39,000 nucleotides of DNA from Takakia lepidozioides (Eukaryota > Plantae > Bryophyta), in contig JAKLZA010000197.1 of assembly GCA_030704615.1 (NCBI GenBank), positions 1 to 39,000 of the forward strand. The letters run 5' to 3'. A program made the position numbers and the translations under genes. Each line of letters begins with the position of its first letter. Position 1 is the first letter of the stretch. Shown one piece after another: positions 33,049-39,000 of this stretch. The notes beneath the pieces are model-generated. The model saw only the letters and a program-made list of their open reading frames with translations, made no database searches and had not been told where the DNA came from.

Positions 33049-36000
33049 TGAACTCATCATGGAAGAAGAGTTGGAAGTAAAAGTCCTGCTTGTTGGAGGA
33101 GATGCATCACCAAACAGGCTTGGTTCTGTGTTCACTATGCAAGGTGTCACATACAAATGCATCCGAGCAGAAAAATTATAGGTGATGAGCTTGTCTCAGC
33201 AAAATTTCATTTCCTTTCCATTTAGTAGTGTCCTTTCAGCCAAGCAAGAAGAGAGGATGGTTCTGAAAGGGGATACTGTACACATTAAGATTTCAGACCA
33301 AAATGATGGGGACCAAGGATTGAAAAGACCTCTATCTTCCAGTGGTTCTACGATCTTGCATGAGGACAGACCAGGCGAGGACCCGGCACCAGTGTCTACC
33401 AAGATGAGGATGGACCCTGATACACCCTTTGCTGGCGATGGTGGAAATGAAGACCATGCACATGAGCATGCACTTCAGCAGAGATCTGGTAGATTGTGCA
33501 GCACGTTGGCTACATCCAACGATATTCAAAAATGGCAGAAAGAGATTAGAGCCGTTGAAAGGAAAATCTCTGCAGAAGGACGATGTGACAAGTTTGAGCT
33601 GATGACAAAGGATCAACAAGGACAAGCAATGTTCCACATATGGTGTGTTGAGTGTGAGGATGTTTATGCACGGTCTGGGAAAAACAAACCATATGATGCA
33701 TGTGCAAACTTTATGAGATCTCATTTGAGGAGTGAGGGGCATCGCATAGCCTATGAGAGGCGTCATGGGAAGGGTTTCATCACAATGTGTCATCAGCCCT
33801 GTAAATGCAGATGAAGCATTAGACGCAAAGAAGAACAGGGTGAAGGAGGCAGGAAGTCGCGGTTTTGTGAGGACAATCCTGGAAACAGATTTGAGATTGT
33901 GGAAGCCACAATTGGAGACTATTCGCAGTTGGGTTCCATAAGGATTAGGTGCTGGATTCGAAGTGGCTACTCTTGTTTCCAAGGACAGGTTCTTTGCAAT
34001 CTTCTTTGACAGAGCATGTGAAAGGAAAAACTCATGTCGATGCAGAGATTTGCCAGAAGGTTGGAAGTAGTGAAGGACCTTGCAAAAAGAGAGGAAGGCC
34101 TCCAAAGCCTATGATTGCCAAAGATGTAAAGCAACGGGATCTAAGCTCTTTCTTGGTCAGTCAACCTGTGTTGCCGTCCCCACCACTTGACAATCCAATT
34201 GTGGCATCAACAATGGGAGCATCCTCGTCACAAACTCCATACGCTTGTGTTGACGCTGCCCAACGGGGAGATCTGATCGAGGATTGACAATTACAGCAAA
34301 GGTCCCAATGCAACAAAGGAAGAGACAGTTTGTGTTGGGGCCTATGGGATGAATGGTGGGAGTACAACCAGCAGAGAATAAGTCTGAAACCATTCCTTCA
34401 AGATAGCAAGGGAGGAAAGAAGTGGTATGTCGAGCCGTTGACAAATGCAACCATCACTCTAAACAATCAAGAGCATAAGGTTGTTGGTACGTTTCGGCAC
34501 GCGGATTGTTTTAGAGTGTCATTGGATGGGGAGCCATTTCCAAACTTGAGATGTTCAGCATGTTCTTCCATTCCCTTGGAAAATGACTTCAGAATGAGGG
34601 TATATAGAGAAAGAGGTGCCATGGAATGTAGAGGGGAGAGAGATACTGGCAAGGGAAGAAGGTTGTCATATCTTGGAAATGCGGAGATTGTCAAACAAGT
34701 TTACAAAAACAGACAGGAGTTGAGGCAGTTGAGGTTCAAATTGTGGGAGGCCAGGACCAAAGTGGCATCATTGTCTGTGCGATGTAGGAGTTTGAAGGAG
34801 TCTGGGATTGAGGCAATTGAAAGAGGAGATGTTCTCAAATTTTGTCGTGATATTGTTGATGCACATAGGAGGGGGGATTTTGAAGGAAAAGAAAGTTTGT
34901 GGGATTTTCTTGTTGATATGGGCAAGAATATTGACAGGTCTCCACAAGGGAAGAGGTATGGTACTAGCACAAAAACAATGTTTGAGACTGTGCAGCTTTG
35001 GGGGGGTCCGAGATTGCATCATTTTTTGGCTTCAAATGTGGGGGGTCCTTCTATTGATACTACAAGACGGTCTTGAGGAAAGGTTTGAAGTATAGAGCGG
35101 GAGAAACGGATGATATATTTCAGCATGTGGCTGGAATTTACAGAGATGTGATGGAAGATGCAAATATTCCATTGGGAAGCATCCCAGTGATGGTGGCCGA
35201 AGATGAAACTGTTGTGAAGCGATTGGTACGTTGGATTGCTAGGGATGACACCCTTCTCGGGTTTTGTGGGCTTCAAGACAACCATGTATGTATTTCAAAT
35301 TTTGTGGTGCAAGTGGGAGAAGGGGAATCAGGGTACCAACATATTGTGGAGGCATTCAAAAACAATGTGGTTGCCCATTATGCTAGAGTTGATAGCAAAT
35401 CCTCTACATGTACGGTTACCTCGATTGGTATTGGTAATCCAGCTCACTTGCAATAGATTTGACAACAATTTTGTGAGATCACAATGGGAAGTGGTGAGAC
35501 AGTTGTGGGACAATATGTGAGGGACGTGGTTGGGCCTATAATTGGGCATGCTTCAGACGGAGATAGTAGGAGGAGAAAAGTGATGTTAGAAGATTATGCC
35601 AATGGGGCTGGAAATAGATTTGCATCCCTTGGGAAGGATGGTTGTTTACAGGTCGAGTGTGCAACGGGGGAGATATATACGGACTCCATGATCAGGACTT
35701 CATCCACAATGGGAAAAAATTGGTAAATCCCTTGGACAGTGCATCACGGACTTTGGTGTTGGGTGATGAGGTTGCTACATTGAATCATGTGTTATTGGTC
35801 TACCATTCATTTTCAGTGGACAAGCATGGACTTCGGGAATGTGATATCAAAAGAGAAGATCGACAGAATTGGGCAGCAGCTCAACGACTGGCATCTCGGA
35901 AGGTGCAAGCTTGTTTGAGGGAGTTACAATCAACTGTGAATCATCGAAGAGAGAGGACCAAAGGTACTGAAATTTACCTATACATCATTTCATGCTACAT

Positions 36001-37449
36001 CGACATTTTTTGTCTCCTCACATGTCATTGTGTGAGAGGGTGCTGCTGCGAAGGTATCATTTTTTTTCAGATTGTGGAAGTTGTGGCTATTCCAGCACGA
36101 GGTGTATAATCTGAAATCCTTCTTCATTAGCAGGGAAGCATACTTGGATTTACAAATTTCATGCCACTACGTGGTTCTACTTATCAAATTGTTCAAGGAT
36201 AAGTTTAATCATGTGCAAGTTCCTTTGAGCCTTGTTGGTTCAGATGTGTGAAATATTCTTCAGCAAAGTGGGAGGTATGTCACGGAATGAGAGGACATAT
36301 GACGGGTGTGATTTGATTGAGAGTGCGGGAGCATTAACACGCATATCCGAGTTCGAGGCGAATCCAAAAGGACCCAAGTTCTCAAGAGCTCACAAGAAAC
36401 AAGAAACACATATGGTCTTCTTTGGAGAAGAAGCCAGGTATCCCCCTTGCTGATTTGTCCGACTTTTCTACTGTCCAATCGGATGATTGCATTGTGGAGG
36501 CTTTGAAAACTGGATTTCTAGAAGCGCAACTTTTATGCCATAAACTTGGGATGAAACCAAACAAAGCAACAAACTTGGATTGGTGGGAATGAGCCATGGA
36601 CAATTGAGAGACAAATGGAGGTCGAGCTATTCAAAAGCATGGAAGAGGAGGGTGATGATGTCAATGCCATAGATTCTATTTGTCCTCTTAATGCAGACAC
36701 ACATATTCAAAATGAGGTCGTGGAAGATGAATTGGTGTGCGGGCCTTCGAATTCAATGGAGGATGTTTTGAGCCAACCTTTGGATGATCATGCGGAAGAG
36801 GTACTTGTTCAAAGTGAATTGAGACATACTCTGGATGCTGTCATTGATGAGTTTGAACAAGAGAAAGATGGATCGAAGGCAGTGGTTCCATTTGTCAAAG
36901 TAGACGGGAAGACCATATTCAAAAGCACTTTGGTTAGCCAACTCAATGGCAACCCTACTCTATCCAAGGATAATTGACACGAGTAAGAAGTGCATCGATG
37001 TTGTTTTGCCGAGAAAACAAACCAACTACCAGCAACAAAGCCACGAGCTTGGGATTGGGTTCGGATTGTGCTGTATTTTTTGTTGATGGGGAGACTGCGA
37101 TCCAAACTACAAACAGGAAAGGTAGACCAGGGAAAACCTGCAGAGGAGCAACCAAAGGCACTTGGTATTTGGGCAGGGTTCAAAGAATGCGGAAGAAAAT
37201 CAATAAGCGGTTTGTAGAATGTAGGGATTCTGTTGATTTATTGGAGCGTCCTTCTCATATGGAGATTGGGTTAGCATGGTACCAAAAAATTCGAGGAGGG
37301 GTCTATACGTACGATTTGACGGATAACATGATGGTTGATTTGGATTCCATTATCGCTTAGCATGTTTAAAGTACAATGTCAAGTCAAACACATATGTTCT
37401 TGATGCAAATGACCGAAAAGTCTTTGACAACTTTATCAAAGGCAAATAA
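33049..37449 (+). pseudogene. P-element/THAP9-like DDE transposase with N-terminal Zn fingers and AT-hook (frameshifted)
   Basis: WCVEC..NFMRSHLRSEGH and ..LTEHVKGKTH Zn-finger-like motifs; KKRGRPPK; HTH-like GKRYGTSTK..GPSIDTTRR. Core motifs VAEDET (D at 35202, cf. FDEM), HASDGDS (D at 35556), DFIHNGKKLVN (35696, cf. DxxHLxKxxRN), DRQNWAAAQRL (cf. MxVxxAxQL) and SDxCEIFFS (E at 36250, cf. QDxLExFF). Confidence 0.7.
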
Positions 37450-37757
37450 TTTTTTTAATTAATTTGTTAGATTTTATTATGTTTTAAATGAATAAATTCG
37501 ATATAATATAAAACATACATATACATATTGGAGGGTTATTTTTAATGATGAAAAATGAGAATATACATACAGAAGGGGGTACTTTTAAAAATTGTAAATT
37601 TTTGTATATTTACAGGAGGGGATTTTATAATCTTCAAAAAGTATGTACAGAGGGGGTATAAATTATCCAAGGACCCGTATACAGGGGGTTTTTTTATTAG
37701 GCGACGAACGCACGTGATACGCATAGTTTATAAGAGTGCACCCCCGGGGCTTGAAGC

Positions 37758-38660
37758 AACTTAGTGGGAAGTCCTAGTTTGCTTCTGCTTAGAGGTTAGC
37801 CTAGATTCATTGGGCAAGCTTGGAGGAGGCAACTAGTGGAGTTTAGGAAGACTAGAGATGCTGTAGGTGCCTAAGTTTGTGAGGCCAAGTGCCATTTATG
37901 CTTTGAAAAAGAAGAGTTCTTCCCCAAAAAGGAGTCGTGTTTCACATTGGAGCGTGGTGAGCCACTAGAGAGAGAAAATGAGGTAGGAAGCAACAAACCC
38001 CATAGGGAGGTGAGCTTCTACCCCTTCCCCTAGGTTTTGGTAGCCCACTTAGCAAAGGAAAACACTCTAGAGTGGAGAGAAAGACCTCTTGTTCCTTTGT
38101 TCATTTTCTTTGTTTGTTTGTTTTGTGCTTTGCTTGTTGGAAGTCCTTTGTGCTAACCTTGCTTGTCACCGCGTGCGCAATCGAGAAGGGGAAAAAGGCA
38201 AGGTCGATCCGGGGCCTGGAGTCCGGCGACGAGGTGGGTTGGGCTCAAGAACGCCCACCCGTGAGATGTGTCGCTAAGCTTGGCAGAGGTCAGCGGTCGA
38301 CAGAGGGAACTCCTCCCGCTATCCTAACTACCGGCCAGCACAGGGTCTAACTCCTATGCTTGCGGGGAGCATTTGTTAACACGGCTTCACCCCGGATCTC
38401 AATGTCCCTGGCAGGTCCTTTTCGCCTGGAGTGACTGCTTCTGGAAGACTTGCAAAGTATTAAGGGCAAGCCGCTTAGATCTAGGTGCTTCACAAACACG
38501 CTTCCCCGGATCGCACGTGTGTGCAAAGGGGTCGCCTATGTTCCCGCTATCCGGAGGGGAGAGCACACCCTATCCTAGAAGAAAAGCTATTCACCTGGAC
38601 CATATCCCAATTCCCCGCTAATTTCTAGAGCTCTTGGCTATTTTCTAGCACTAGATGTCA
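37758..38660. repeat. Possible LTR-like host sequence interrupted by the TIR element (continues ~26760-27461)
   Basis: Non-coding; joins the left flank across the TSD; ends in ..TGTCA at 38660. No partner LTR, PBS or TSD found, so weak. Confidence 0.2.
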
Positions 38661-39000
38661 ATAAGAAAAATAAGAAAAATACTATCATAGGCAAGATTAT
38701 TTTATTAGGAAATAGAATTAAAGGAGATGGCTTGCGAGAGCTCCGTGTTTCTGCGGTGAGAGAATGTGCAAGCTCAATGGCTGGCTATGGCGGGAGTGCT
38801 CAGTTTGCCCATCGAAGCTTGCTAAGCCCTTTCCCTCTCCAGCGTTCGATCCCTCTGTCGATCACTTTTTTCGGATCATAATTTAGAATAGCACATTTGA
38901 TGTACATTAGTATATATTTTATGAATTTTAGTATGAAATCATATTAAGAAATCATAAATAAAATGGAATTCTAGCAATGGCAAAGACGGAGGACCAGTCG

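Larger units (their letters stand above)
27471..37748 (+). mobile_element. ~10.3 kb TIR DNA transposon with P-element-like transposase
   Basis: TIR CCGGGGGGTGCACTC (27471-27485) versus GAGTGCACCCCCGGG (37734-37748). Inner inverted CACGTGCGT box ~17-18 bp further in, perfect TSD, ACAG(G)AGGGGG subterminal motifs at both ends. Confidence 0.9.

Noticed and set aside
38977-39000. Possible gene start (ATG GCA AAG ACG GAG..) after an AT-rich stretch
   Set aside because: Only 8 codons before the window edge; insufficient evidence.

Overview
Eukaryotic, repeat-rich plant DNA with spliceosomal introns and PLS-type PPR fragments; a non-seed land plant such as a fern or lycophyte is my inference. Almost all of it is nested transposons. 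(1) 1263-14076 is a ~12.8 kb Mutator-like element (MULE) with imperfect TIRs and a DDE/SWIM transposase on +. A divergent multi-exon cargo gene on - encodes a ParB/Srx-like domain (VWDGNHR) and, further C-terminal, a circularly permuted (beta-class) N4C/N6A DNA-methyltransferase-like domain. The element's three main non-coding stretches are filled with arrays of one palindromic motif (AAATTCGGCGCCGAATTT core). This is the best candidate for an undescribed system. (2) 14077-20432 is a truncated non-chromoviral Ty3/Gypsy (RT-RH-INT plus an extra ORF). (3) 20433-25330 is a mosaic: a diverged second copy of the ParB exons, a second MULE transposase fragment and PPR fragments. (4) 27471-37748 is a ~10.3 kb TIR element with an intact target-site duplication (GCTTGAAGC) and a P-element-like transposase. 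It carries a tRNA-like Pol III box pair and two complementary, oppositely oriented deleted LINE copies. Most long reading frames are broken by small indels, which could reflect decay or sequencing error. All domain calls are by-eye motif recognition; no database searches were run.
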